Shown here one piece after another: positions 1-9,336 of a DNA stretch of 64,000 nucleotides. This DNA comes from Deinococcales bacterium. Its GTDB lineage: Bacteria > Deinococcota > Deinococci > Deinococcales > JAAFIG01. Positions within the stretch are counted from its first letter, which is position 1. Each line of letters opens with the position of its first letter. The notes beneath the pieces were generated by a model. The model was not told the DNA's origin. It made no database searches and saw only the letters and a list, made by a program, of their open reading frames with translations. The stretch is taken from contig JANNVX010000014.1 in assembly GCA_031414595.1 (NCBI GenBank), positions 1-64,000 of the forward strand. Direction: 5' to 3'. The translations under genes were made by a program, and so were the position numbers.

Positions 1-118
1 GACGTGTTGCGGAATACGAAGTGGTATTGCTCTGATTGGTTTATGGAGATTGCTTGTGGTTTGCATAACCTTCGCTGTGCTTTTCGCAAACGGGCTTTGC
101 GGAAATCGAGCTAGTTTC

Positions 119-376
119 TTATTTCCGATAACGTCTATTATAAACTCGAGAACCACGAAGACGAATTCGACGAATTAAAGCCCCAACTTTGTTATTCACC
201 AAACGAGGTTTCAAACGAACGTACTGCACAACATCTTTTAACTCGAGAATGAGTTCTTGGCTATACAAAAGCGTAAATTCTTGATTCCTCCAAGCCCGAA
301 GTATCAAACCACAAACACCATTTCGTTTTAGCAAAGCACTAACAAAAACATTGGTGTCTAATACAACACGAATCAT
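119..376 (-). CDS. PIN-domain (VapC-like) toxin, apparently C-terminally truncated
   Basis: N-terminal RVVLDTNVFVSALL motif. Only 85 aa; the DPDD/TGD C-terminal motifs are missing. Confidence 0.7.
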   Translation of the reverse strand: MIRVVLDTNVFVSALLKRNGVCGLILRAWRNQEFTLLYSQELILELKDVVQYVRLKPRLVNNKVGALIRRIRLRGSRVYNRRYRK

Positions 377-606
377 TTTTTGCGATTTGTCCGTACTGCT
401 CGTTGTGCTTCGAGTGCCAAATCATCGGCTTGGCTTTCGGTCAAATCATCGTTTAACCCATCATCTGAAAAGATTAAATCCCAGTCTTTATCTTCTTGGC
501 TTAAAAGCGCCAGAGCGCGGTCTACGACTTCGGCTCGAGACAACTGGTATTTTTGTTCCAAGTATTTGACATTCTGAATGCCATATTCTGTCAGTTCGAT
601 AGTCAT
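373..606 (-). CDS. Putative antitoxin (RHH-like) of the PIN toxin
   Basis: 77 aa, SRAEVVDRAL motif, acidic tail, 4-nt overlap upstream of the PIN gene. Confidence 0.6.
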   Translation of the reverse strand: MTIELTEYGIQNVKYLEQKYQLSRAEVVDRALALLSQEDKDWDLIFSDDGLNDDLTESQADDLALEAQRAVRTNRKK

Positions 607-893
607 ACCAAAAGTGTAACACCATCAAAACAGTATGGCAATTGTCTCAACAGTGCCGAGACAATCAAATTGTCGCTACAGTGTAGCAACAATCTTTTCA
701 TCTGGATAAAGCTCATAAAAACTTATGGCTCGAGTGAATTCATCAGAAAGACTCCGCGAAACCCCTGCCTGTCTTGACCCTACAGCAGCACCTTCGGGCT
801 TGGGTCGCTTTAGGCATGGGGAGGTAAGGAGTCCAGCCGTAGGCTGCAAACAGTGCCGAAGGTACTGCGAAAAGCCACTTAGCCGAACTCTGC

Positions 894-1280
894 TTATGTT
901 TCATAACGTTTTAAGTAATTTGGGCTTGCCACACGAAGTTTATCCTCAGCAATTTGACGCAACACCTTGACCGAACCATTTGGTACAACTCCACTACGAA
1001 TCTGACTCGAGAGAAGCGTATTTAAGCCCAGCACTTGTGCATCTAAGGCGACTCGAGAAGTTGGCATTTCTATTTCGGTCTCGAGCAAATCTGCCAATGC
1101 TACCGCTTCGGCTTGCAAAAACCCTTCCTCGAGAGTTGAGCGCTCGAGCATCGAAAGCGCATTCATAGCAACCAGAGTACGGAATTTAAGCCGAGCATCC
1201 GCAATCGTTGGCAGGATTTCCGTCTCGAGAAATTCACGCACCGCCGTAGCAAGTTCAGGGTTATTAGGGCGTGACTGCAT
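894..1280 (-). CDS. DUF6285-like protein
   Basis: Start MQSRP..ELATAVREFL and end KLRVASPNYL; lies downstream of an APH-family gene. Confidence 0.65.
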   Translation of the reverse strand: MQSRPNNPELATAVREFLETEILPTIADARLKFRTLVAMNALSMLERSTLEEGFLQAEAVALADLLETEIEMPTSRVALDAQVLGLNTLLSSQIRSGVVPNGSVKVLRQIAEDKLRVASPNYLKRYET

Positions 1281-1282
1281 AC

Positions 1283-2263
1283 TTACTCATCCTCCAATAA
1301 ATACAAAATCTCGAGTTCCATTTCGCTACTTAAACGCCCCAGTACCGCCAATTCAACACTTCGTTCAAGACCGTCCAAATGGCGTTTGGCTTGGGTCAGG
1401 GCGGCAACTGCCCATTTGACGTTGCCCATGATTTCCCAGTAATGCAGGTCAGACAAAGAAATGTTTTGGTTGGTTAAGGTATTGTAATGACTTAAATACG
1501 GCTCGAGTTCGCCAATGCCGCCCAAATGCAAATGGTCTTGCCCAAAGCGCCAAGCCCGAATTAAAGTCCAGGCTAAATCCTCACATGGGTCGCCCAAGTG
1601 GGCAAATTCCCAGTCCAGCACGGCAGTTAGACCATTTGGCGAAAGCATTAAATTGCCAATTCTAAAGTCGCCATGCAGCAGCATTTCGCCATGACATGTT
1701 GGTTCATGGGTTTTAAGCCAGTGCAGCGCCAATTCAATGGTTGGATGTGGTTCGTGTACACCGTCAAGTTCAGCATACAACCTTGCAATACTGGCTTTCG
1801 CGCCTGTACCACTGCCCGAATTGGGCAAAAACTCGAGACCCACAGGGTTAGTGGCATGGATTTTGGAGAGTTCTTCTGCCATCCGCTTTGGCAATTCGGC
1901 TCGAGCAGGCGCAAATTCTGGGCGGCTGACCACCCGCCGTCCAACCGCTTCACCGCGCACCCGTTCGGAAATAAAGGCTTCACGCCCTAGGATATCTGGG
2001 AGGTACAGCACCGGTTTTGGGACAGTCACACCAGCCGCAAACGCTGCTTTGATTACCCTAAATTCTTGTTCTAGGGTCAGCTGCTCGAGGTTCATCGCGC
2101 CGCCACCAGCCCGACGCATAATCAGTTCTAAGATCTGACCGTTTTGCTCGAGGTCAAGTAACCATGCTTCTTTGCTTGCGCCGCCAGCCAGCAGTTGTAA
2201 CCTAAGAATACTCGAGTTAGGAAAGAACGGCTCGAGCCGCACCGCTAGGGTTTCGGGGGTCAT
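1283..2263 (-). CDS. Phosphotransferase (APH / acyl-CoA dehydrogenase-associated) family protein
   Basis: GGASKE, HGDFRIGN and LDWEFAHLGDP motifs. Confidence 0.9.
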   Translation of the reverse strand: MTPETLAVRLEPFFPNSSILRLQLLAGGASKEAWLLDLEQNGQILELIMRRAGGGAMNLEQLTLEQEFRVIKAAFAAGVTVPKPVLYLPDILGREAFISERVRGEAVGRRVVSRPEFAPARAELPKRMAEELSKIHATNPVGLEFLPNSGSGTGAKASIARLYAELDGVHEPHPTIELALHWLKTHEPTCHGEMLLHGDFRIGNLMLSPNGLTAVLDWEFAHLGDPCEDLAWTLIRAWRFGQDHLHLGGIGELEPYLSHYNTLTNQNISLSDLHYWEIMGNVKWAVAALTQAKRHLDGLERSVELAVLGRLSSEMELEILYLLEDE

Positions 2264-2370
2264 GATGGACTTAGTTTAACTCGATTTATGCAAAAGATTC
2301 TGTTGTTTTATTGCTGCTACGGCGTTACGGGGCTGTTTGAAGCTCAAGGTAAATCATTTGCATTCCCGCA

Positions 2371-2613
2371 TCAGAAAGTTTGGCGGTGTCCAAAGTCAAC
2401 CCCGAGCTTAGCAGCAAAAGCAAAATCATTCACGCCTAAACTTTTGGTTGCTTTGATGCCGCTCACACCAAGAAAACCCTCGAGCCGCCCTTGTGGGAGT
2501 ACGCCCGCAGTCCTTGAAACAAGTGGGATGGTATTTGAATTTGCAGGGACAAAACTGATAATGCCAACGATACTCGAGACCAATCCGAGTAAAACAACAG
2601 CTTTAGGGTTCAT
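2371..2613 (-). CDS. Small hypothetical exported/membrane protein
   Basis: AAGGAG RBS before the ATG at 2613; hydrophobic N-terminus. The longer ORF call runs through REP elements. Confidence 0.4.
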   Translation of the reverse strand: MNPKAVVLLGLVSSIVGIISFVPANSNTIPLVSRTAGVLPQGRLEGFLGVSGIKATKSLGVNDFAFAAKLGVDFGHRQTF

Positions 2614-2719
2614 TGCGCTCCTTGAACGGTTTATTTCTAAACCGTATAAAAATTTGGATGCCGCTCTGGGTTTGAAGTTCCCAGTGGAGTCACCCAAATT
2701 CTGAAACAGACCAAAAGCA

Positions 2720-2790
2720 GGGCGACCACAAGGGTCGCGCCCTACAAAAAACCACATCACCAGCGTAGGGGTGGGTCTTGTACCCACCCG
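2720..2790. repeat. Inverted pair of GTAG-type REP-like palindromes
   Basis: Minus strand GTAGGGCGCGACCCTTGTGGTCGCCC (2720-2745) and plus strand GTAGGGGTGGGTCTTGTACCCACCC (2765-2789). Confidence 0.65.
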
Positions 2791-2818
2791 CGTAAGAGAA
2801 GATTAATATGTAAGAAGT

Positions 2819-3430
2819 CTAATCTGTCACAGCCAGCCGAACTCCAAGCGCTGCAAAAATAAGCGCGAACGAACGACGAAGCCAAAAAAGAATTTTAGGC
2901 GATTGCAACACAAAATTTCTGACCGCACTTGCCAGAACACCGTAGACCATAAAAACAACCAAAGTAATCAGCATAAACACAGCACTGAGCAGCAAAAAAA
3001 TACCAATCGGAGAATTAGAATCTCGAGGAATAAAAAGCGGTAAAAAAGCCAAGAAGAAAATCGTTAATTTAGGATTGAGGATGTTCAGTAAAAATGCCCT
3101 AACTGCAATCTGCCAAGCGCTTTTGCTCGAGCCAGCCGAATTAAAGGTTAAGGCGTTCTGGTCGTGCCACATCTGCCAAGCCAGATAGAGCAAATACACC
3201 GCGCCAACAAATTTAAGCCCCTGAAAAACCACCGCACTAATATGCAGCACCAACGTTAGCCCCAGAATACTTGCCAGTAAATGCGGCAAAATACCAGCCG
3301 TACAACCAATGGCGGCAGCAATACTGGCACGCCAACCAAAAAAAATACCAGTCGAAATGGTGTAAATCGCACCCGTACCCGGAATTAGAACCACAATCAA
3401 CGAAGTCAGTAAAAACTCAGCATTCAACAT
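2819..3430 (-). CDS. LysE/RhtB family translocator
   Basis: PGTG, GAVYLLYLAW and NILNPK motifs; hydrophobic. Confidence 0.92.
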   Translation of the reverse strand: MLNAEFLLTSLIVVLIPGTGAIYTISTGIFFGWRASIAAAIGCTAGILPHLLASILGLTLVLHISAVVFQGLKFVGAVYLLYLAWQMWHDQNALTFNSAGSSKSAWQIAVRAFLLNILNPKLTIFFLAFLPLFIPRDSNSPIGIFLLLSAVFMLITLVVFMVYGVLASAVRNFVLQSPKILFWLRRSFALIFAALGVRLAVTD

Positions 3431-3466
3431 AAAAAGCCTCCTGCTCGAGCCTCGAGCCTAGAAAGG

Positions 3467-4318
3467 CTACTGTGATAAGCCGTAAGCGTCTTGTACGCTC
3501 TTGCGGTATTGAGCGGGCGTAACTGCCCAAAGTCGTTTGAACCAGCGCGTTAAATGGCTCTGGTCGCTAAAACCACAAGCCAGCGCAACTTCGGCAATAC
3601 CTTGCCCCTCGAGCAACAATTTCTTGGCGTTTCGTACCCGAACTTGACGTAAAAACGCATGAGGCGCAATGCCAATGGCTTTGGTAAAAACATGAACCAA
3701 ATGAAAACGATTTAAGCCAGTGATGTTAGAAAGCGCACTTAAAGAAATATCCGCCATAAAATTTTCCTCGAGAAACTGCTTTATTTGCGTCACGGCTCGA
3801 GGTTCACGCCCAAATTTCTGGGGTCGCAGCTTTGTATCTGCATAACGCCCAATAAAACGCGTCAGCACAGACTGCAACAAGGTTTCAGACTCGAGCAGCG
3901 AGGTTTCTGGATGCTCGAGCAACCGATGGAGGTGTAAAAAATCTTGGGCAATAAAATCATCTGTAATCACACCCGACTGAAAAAACGGGAGTTCTCGAGA
4001 AACCCCAGCTACGTCTGAGGCGATACTTTTGAGAAAACTTGGCTCGAGATAAAACATTCGGTAGCCCCAGCCCTCGAGTGTGGCTGGCTGCCCTGTGTGC
4101 GGTTCATCGGGAATGCACAAGTTAATCTGTCCTCGAGCCGCCACAATGTTCTCGCCACGGTAAAAGTAGCCAAGAGCGCCCGATTCAATCACACCAATTG
4201 CGTACTGCTCGTGCGTATGCAAAGGGAACGACTGCGTAAAGTCCTGACCACGCAGGAGTTCCAAGTTATGAAGTCTTGGAAAGTGCCAGATTTTAGAGAT
4301 GGGCTGGGCAAGTGGCAT
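3467..4318 (-). CDS. AraC family transcriptional regulator
   Basis: FPLHTHE cupin domain and C-terminal GFSDQSHLTRWFKR. Confidence 0.93.
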   Translation of the reverse strand: MPLAQPISKIWHFPRLHNLELLRGQDFTQSFPLHTHEQYAIGVIESGALGYFYRGENIVAARGQINLCIPDEPHTGQPATLEGWGYRMFYLEPSFLKSIASDVAGVSRELPFFQSGVITDDFIAQDFLHLHRLLEHPETSLLESETLLQSVLTRFIGRYADTKLRPQKFGREPRAVTQIKQFLEENFMADISLSALSNITGLNRFHLVHVFTKAIGIAPHAFLRQVRVRNAKKLLLEGQGIAEVALACGFSDQSHLTRWFKRLWAVTPAQYRKSVQDAYGLSQ

Positions 4319-4354
4319 TGCGGCAATGATACTAAAATTTTCTCGAGAAGAAAA

Positions 4355-4648
4355 TTAGCGCATGGCTGTTTTCAGATTTCCTCTTGAACCATGCACCACA
4401 GCAAGAATTTCCACATAGGCTTCTGAGGAAGAATAAATAATACGATAAGGACGCTCAAAAATTTCCCGACGGTGGTCGCCTAATTCTGGAACTTTATGTC
4501 CCATATCAGGAAAATCCCCTAGGGCATCTGCTGCTAAAACCAACCGATTGATGGTTTGACGTGCATATGTTTCAGATTGAGGCTCAAGGTAAGCGTAAAT
4601 CGTATCCAAATGCCCTAAAGCTGAAGCTGACCAAATAACTCGCATCAT
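4355..4648 (-). CDS. RelE/ParE family toxin
   Basis: VIWSASALGHL...FPDMG..VPE...YRIIY...ILAVVHGSR pattern. Confidence 0.88.
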   Translation of the reverse strand: MMRVIWSASALGHLDTIYAYLEPQSETYARQTINRLVLAADALGDFPDMGHKVPELGDHRREIFERPYRIIYSSSEAYVEILAVVHGSRGNLKTAMR

Positions 4649-4836
4649 TATTGTGGCGGCAACCCAAAACGCTGACGAACTTCTTGGGACGTAAAATGCC
4701 GTCCAGCATCAATATCTGCCTGACCAGCTTCGACGGCTTGATGTACATAAATGGCGTACTGCAAATCTTCCCAAGTTGCATCGTCAGGCAAATGCTCGAG
4801 CAAACGCTGGGCTTGTTCACGAATCAGGGTTTTCAT
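4648..4836 (-). CDS. Antitoxin partner of the RelE/ParE toxin
   Basis: LPDDATWEDLQYAIYV...GQADIDAGR pattern; directly upstream of the toxin. Confidence 0.8.
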   Translation of the reverse strand: MKTLIREQAQRLLEHLPDDATWEDLQYAIYVHQAVEAGQADIDAGRHFTSQEVRQRFGLPPQ

Positions 4837-4907
4837 GGTGAAAGGATACAGCTTGGGCTTAAAAGTAGCAAGAAAATGATGTGGCGCTAACACCATTCAT
4901 TCGTGAG

Positions 4908-5198
4908 TCAAACCCCGACCAACTCGAGCCTAACTTCACGCCCAAGCCGAGCCTCGAGTGTGATCAGCATTTCTAAGCTAAACTTATCGTGCTTACCACG
5001 CATTAAATCGGAAACTCGAGATTGTGCAATGCCAAGCTGTTGCACAGCTTGGGCTTGGGTTAATTGCTTGGCATTAATAAAACCACGTAAATCATTGATC
5101 AGTTTAGAGCGCAATTGCAAAATTGCAGCTTCAGCAGGGTCAAAACCCAAGTCTGTAAAAACATTTCCACTGGATTCTATAATTGGTTCTTGCATCAT
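4908..5198 (-). CDS. HigA-like XRE antitoxin
   Basis: SSGNVFTDLG...LTQAQA...QSRVSDLMRGK..KFSLE. Confidence 0.88.
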   Translation of the reverse strand: MMQEPIIESSGNVFTDLGFDPAEAAILQLRSKLINDLRGFINAKQLTQAQAVQQLGIAQSRVSDLMRGKHDKFSLEMLITLEARLGREVRLELVGV

Positions 5199-5512
5199 TG
5201 CCCTCCTATTTGGCGGTAACGCCGTCTTGCTAATTCAATGTCTTCTCGAGCCGTTTGCTGGGTTCTCTTTTGGAAAGCGTGCAGCACAAAAATAGCCATC
5301 TCGAGTTTTGCCACATAAATAATTCGCCATTCGCCAAAGACATGAATACGAATTTCACGCACACCTGAGCCAATGTCCGACATTGGTTTCCAGTCGCTAG
5401 GGTCAAAGCCCCGTTGTACAGCATCAAGTTCAAAACCAGCTTGTCGCCTTACTTCAGCAGGAAAATCCCGTAAGTCATCAAGGCTCGAGCCTACAAACTG
5501 GAGTGGCTTCAC
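5195..5512 (-). CDS. HigB/RelE-like (Gp49/DUF891) toxin
   Basis: GSSLDDLRDFP...DWKPM...GVREIR...VLHAFQKRTQQT; GTG start inferred. Confidence 0.88.
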   Translation of the reverse strand: MKPLQFVGSSLDDLRDFPAEVRRQAGFELDAVQRGFDPSDWKPMSDIGSGVREIRIHVFGEWRIIYVAKLEMAIFVLHAFQKRTQQTAREDIELARRRYRQIGGQ

Positions 5513-5636
5513 AAGCACCAATATATCAAAAAAAATTGATAAATACTCGGTATCAATTACTCGAGCATTCACGGCTTCTGGCAGATGGGTATTTTAGTGC
5601 CAAGTTACATCATCAGGCAAATGCTCGAGCAAGTAG

Positions 5637-6029
5637 CTAACGCTGTTCCAGGTCACGCAAAGCAACTGTTAAAGCATTGGTGGAAACCCGAATCTCGAGC
5701 AAAGACAAAACCAACGAAATCAGCATCAAGATTAAACTTGAGGCAAATAAAGCAACAGCCACAGTCTCGAGTTTGAAAAGAATACCAAGCATCGCAGCCA
5801 CACATAAAGCAAGACTGGCAACACCACCAGACTGCATCCACAAAATCAGGCGAATACGGTAACGCAAGGCTTTAATCTGCTCGAGAATATCGGTGTCGTG
5901 GTCTTTTTGGTAATCTCCGGATAAGCGCCGAATCAGCGCCGCTAGTGCCAGAAAACGGTTGGTGTACGCCAGCATCAGCAGTGAAATGGCGGGGAATAAA
6001 AGCGCTGGTGTGCCAAGTGATATTTCCAT
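5637..6029 (-). CDS. DUF2721 membrane protein
   Basis: TPALLFPAISLLMLAYTNRFL motif; three hydrophobic segments. Confidence 0.8.
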   Translation of the reverse strand: MEISLGTPALLFPAISLLMLAYTNRFLALAALIRRLSGDYQKDHDTDILEQIKALRYRIRLILWMQSGGVASLALCVAAMLGILFKLETVAVALFASSLILMLISLVLSLLEIRVSTNALTVALRDLEQR

Positions 6030-6050
6030 TTGGGGAGTATATTGGGTTCT

Positions 6051-7532
6051 ATGCGAATTTTCTTGGTCTTGTTGGCTGGGGTTTTGTTGCTTGGTGTGCA
6101 GTCGCTTGGTCAGACAGCTGTGCAGTCATCTCTGCCAGCCTTTATTGGGGCGCAGGGTTTTGGGGCGCTGGCGACTGGCGGACGTGGCGGGCGGGTGATT
6201 GCGGTCACAAATTTACGTGCCAGTGGTGCGGGTTCGCTGCAAGATGCCCTCAATCAAGCTGGGGCGCGGACGATTGTGTTTTGGGTATCTGGGGTCATCG
6301 AAGGTTTGCCAATTGTCAGCAGGGGCGATGTCACGATTGCTGGGCAAACCAGTCCAAATGGGATTATGGTGCGCGGCTTACTGATTCAGGGTGATGAGGT
6401 CTGTGAAGCCGATGATTGTCCACTGCCTAAAATTGCGCCAAGCAATGTCATTGTGCGTTTTTTGCGGTCTCGAGTCGCACTCGATGGTGATGGACTTCGT
6501 TTACACCGAGCCAAAAAAGTCATTGTTGATCATTTTTCGGTCGGCAATGCCAATGATGAAGCGGTACAAATTTCATTCTCGAGTGATGTGACGATTCAAA
6601 ACAGTTTGTTGGCAGAAACCCTTGGCGACCACAATGACCTCGGTGGGATGTTACTCAATTATGCTGACCCGAAACGTAATTTTCCACTGACCAGAATTTC
6701 GCTGCATCATAATGTTTGGACACGGATTGGTGGACGAATTCCAGAGTTATCCAGAGAAAACCCAAGTGCTACTGGCAGCAGCATGGACGTAGAAATTTCT
6801 AATAATATTTTCCATGACCATACTTTTCCGATGTGGTTTGGCAATACCTCTCTGGTCAATGCACCCGAAAATGGTTACAGCCGCGCTCCGATTTATTACC
6901 GTGCCAATCTGATTGGCAATTATTCTTTGCAGAACCCAAATAACAGTACCAGTGTGGGTTTAATCACGCTCGAAGGGGCTGGAAGTCCAGACATAGGTTA
7001 TTTACCCGATAACACCCCAAGCCAGTTTTTTTTACAAGATAACCAAACCAATTTAGGGGAGGCGAGGGATTGGCAACTGGTCTACTGTTGTAATGATTTC
7101 CGCGATGCGATGCGTGACAAGACCATGCCTTTTGCCAGCACCAAACCGTCTTGGGCTGCCGTAAAGCGTCTTGGTTTTCCAAGTATCAGTTACACACCTG
7201 TTGGGCAGTTACTCGAGTACAGCCGTAAAAATGTCGGGATGCGTCCGTGGGATGCTTTTGATACTCGAGTGATGCAATTTGTGGTCAGTAATCGTTTTGA
7301 CACGACCTCGCGCAGCATAAACCCCGCCAATGATGCCTTAAAAACAGTTTCGGCTTTGGCTGCCCCTAAAGACACCGATACTGATGGCATGGCGGACGCT
7401 TGGGAAGTACAAAACGGCTTAAATCCTCGAGTGGCAGACCAAAACGGGATGCAGTTATCACCAAAAATGTTGGGCGTGGCTGGGTACACCAATCTCGAGG
7501 TATATTTAGAGAGTTTGACCAAGAATCGCTAA
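6051..7532 (+). CDS. Secreted pectate lyase-like beta-helix protein
   Basis: Signal peptide, AFIGAQGFGALATGGRGG, TIAGQTSP, C-terminal DTDTDGMADAWE...GYTNLE. Confidence 0.85.
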   Translation: MRIFLVLLAGVLLLGVQSLGQTAVQSSLPAFIGAQGFGALATGGRGGRVIAVTNLRASGAGSLQDALNQAGARTIVFWVSGVIEGLPIVSRGDVTIAGQTSPNGIMVRGLLIQGDEVCEADDCPLPKIAPSNVIVRFLRSRVALDGDGLRLHRAKKVIVDHFSVGNANDEAVQISFSSDVTIQNSLLAETLGDHNDLGGMLLNYADPKRNFPLTRISLHHNVWTRIGGRIPELSRENPSATGSSMDVEISNNIFHDHTFPMWFGNTSLVNAPENGYSRAPIYYRANLIGNYSLQNPNNSTSVGLITLEGAGSPDIGYLPDNTPSQFFLQDNQTNLGEARDWQLVYCCNDFRDAMRDKTMPFASTKPSWAAVKRLGFPSISYTPVGQLLEYSRKNVGMRPWDAFDTRVMQFVVSNRFDTTSRSINPANDALKTVSALAAPKDTDTDGMADAWEVQNGLNPRVADQNGMQLSPKMLGVAGYTNLEVYLESLTKNR

Positions 7533-8353
7533 AGCTCAGTGCGTACCTGCCAGAGTTCCGGAAACAAGACAATCTCGAGGGCGCGACGTAAGTACGGCAC
7601 GCCAGCCGTGCCACCCGAACCAGTCTTAAAGCCAATCACCCGTTCGACGGTAATCAGGTGGTTAAATCGCCAGCGCCTAAAATTATCTTCAACATCAATC
7701 AGTTTTTCGGCTAACGCATAGAGTTCCCAGTGCTTGGTGGTGTTGCGGTAGACCTCGAGCCACGCATCGCGCACAATTTCGGATGGTTCATAAGGCTGGG
7801 CGTAATCGCGCTCGAGAATTTCGGTGGGGATTTTCAGTCCAGCTTGGTGCAGTAAACGCAAACTCAGGTCGTAAATACTTGGGGCGTTTAGAGCATTCTC
7901 GAGCAGTGCAAAATGTTCGGGGTGTTCGGCATGTGGACGCATCATAAAAGCATTTTTATTGCCGAACAAAAATTCGATTAAGCGGTACTGATGACTTTGG
8001 AAACCACTGGCTTGTCCAAAACTGCTTCTAAAAACAAGGTAATCGCTTGGAGTCATGGTTTTTAGCACTTCCCAAGCACTTGCCATCTGTTCTTGCGCTC
8101 TGGAGACTCGAGCCAGCATTTTCATGGCTGGGTCAATACTGCCTTTTTCGAGGTGCTGCATGGCACTGGTTAATTCATGGATTATCAGTTTCATCCAGAG
8201 TTCTTGAACATGGTGAATCAAAATAAAAAGCGGTTCGTCGTGAGCATCGCTCAGGCATTCTTGGGAACTGAGTAACTGCTCGAGTTTGAGGTAACTGGTA
8301 TAAGAAAAACCAGTTTTGAAATCGGTGTGGGCGCTTTTATAGGTATCATTCAT
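7529..8353 (-). CDS. kynA: Tryptophan 2,3-dioxygenase
   Basis: HDEPLFILIHHVQELWMK, ASGFQS and GSGGTAGVPYL motifs. Confidence 0.95.
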   Translation of the reverse strand: MNDTYKSAHTDFKTGFSYTSYLKLEQLLSSQECLSDAHDEPLFILIHHVQELWMKLIIHELTSAMQHLEKGSIDPAMKMLARVSRAQEQMASAWEVLKTMTPSDYLVFRSSFGQASGFQSHQYRLIEFLFGNKNAFMMRPHAEHPEHFALLENALNAPSIYDLSLRLLHQAGLKIPTEILERDYAQPYEPSEIVRDAWLEVYRNTTKHWELYALAEKLIDVEDNFRRWRFNHLITVERVIGFKTGSGGTAGVPYLRRALEIVLFPELWQVRTEL

Positions 8354-8404
8354 TTTTATATCTTAAACCTTCGTAAACGCTTACGGAATCTGTTAGACTA
8401 CGCC

Positions 8405-9334
8405 ATGTCCAAACTTCTTGTTTTTGGTGAAGCCCTGATAGACCTTAAAGCCAAATCTGCCCTCGAGTTTGAAGGGGATGTGCCGCTTCAATTCGAGGGT
8501 TTTGTCGGTGGTTCACCCTTAAATGTTGCCTTAGCCGCCGCTCGGCTTGGCTTGCCAAGTGCGCTTGCAACTCGAGTCAGCACCGACTTTTTTGGACAAG
8601 AAATTATGAATCTACTCGAGCAGAACGCGGTTCAAACCGATTTTCTTGAACGTGGCGATGAACCGAGTACACTGGCATTTGTACGAATCGAGAATGGACA
8701 ACCAAATTATAGTTTTCGCTTTGCTGGCACAAGTTTTCTCGAGTATCAAGCCGAAAAACCACTGCCCGAAAACCTAGAAGCGGTGCATATTGGCAGTATT
8801 TTTGTGTTGTTCCCAGAACTGGCAGCACGTACTTTTGCCGTTATGGGTGGCTTTAGCGGCTTAAAGCATTATGATATTAACGCCCGTCCAGCCATCGAAA
8901 GCAACCCCGATAAGTACCGTGCAACCTTACCTCGAGCCTTAGAACGCAGTGATTGGGTCAAATGCTCACGCGAAGATTTTGAATTCTTATATCCAAACAC
9001 CTCAGAAACCGATTTTGCCGCTTCAATTCTGGGGAATGCTGCTGTGGTGGTGGTCACCGATGGTGGAGAAGGCGCACGGCTATACCGCAAAAACCAATCG
9101 GTACTCGAGGTCAAAACACCTAAAGTACAAGTGGTAGACACAGTTGGTGCGGGGGACACTTTTAGTGGTGCAACGATTCAACAATTGCTCGCTAAACAAC
9201 TCCAAAACCGTGCTGCACTCGAGAATGCCAGTCGTGAAGCCTTGACCAGCGTGCTTGAATTTGCGGCTTTTGCGGCTGCCTTAAATTGCACCAAAGCTGG
9301 TTGCAACCCGCCAAGACTCGAGGAGATGCAGTAA
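8405..9334 (+). CDS. PfkB family carbohydrate kinase (fructokinase-like)
   Basis: GEALID, GGSPLNVA and DTVGAGDTF motifs. Confidence 0.93.
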   Translation: MSKLLVFGEALIDLKAKSALEFEGDVPLQFEGFVGGSPLNVALAAARLGLPSALATRVSTDFFGQEIMNLLEQNAVQTDFLERGDEPSTLAFVRIENGQPNYSFRFAGTSFLEYQAEKPLPENLEAVHIGSIFVLFPELAARTFAVMGGFSGLKHYDINARPAIESNPDKYRATLPRALERSDWVKCSREDFEFLYPNTSETDFAASILGNAAVVVVTDGGEGARLYRKNQSVLEVKTPKVQVVDTVGAGDTFSGATIQQLLAKQLQNRAALENASREALTSVLEFAAFAAALNCTKAGCNPPRLEEMQ

Positions 9335-9336
9335 TT

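Noticed and set aside
2288-2787. Long overlapping ORFs 2288..2704 (+) and the 5' extension of 2371..2787 (-)
   Set aside because: The plus ORF is antisense to a gene with a good RBS; the extension runs through REP palindromes.
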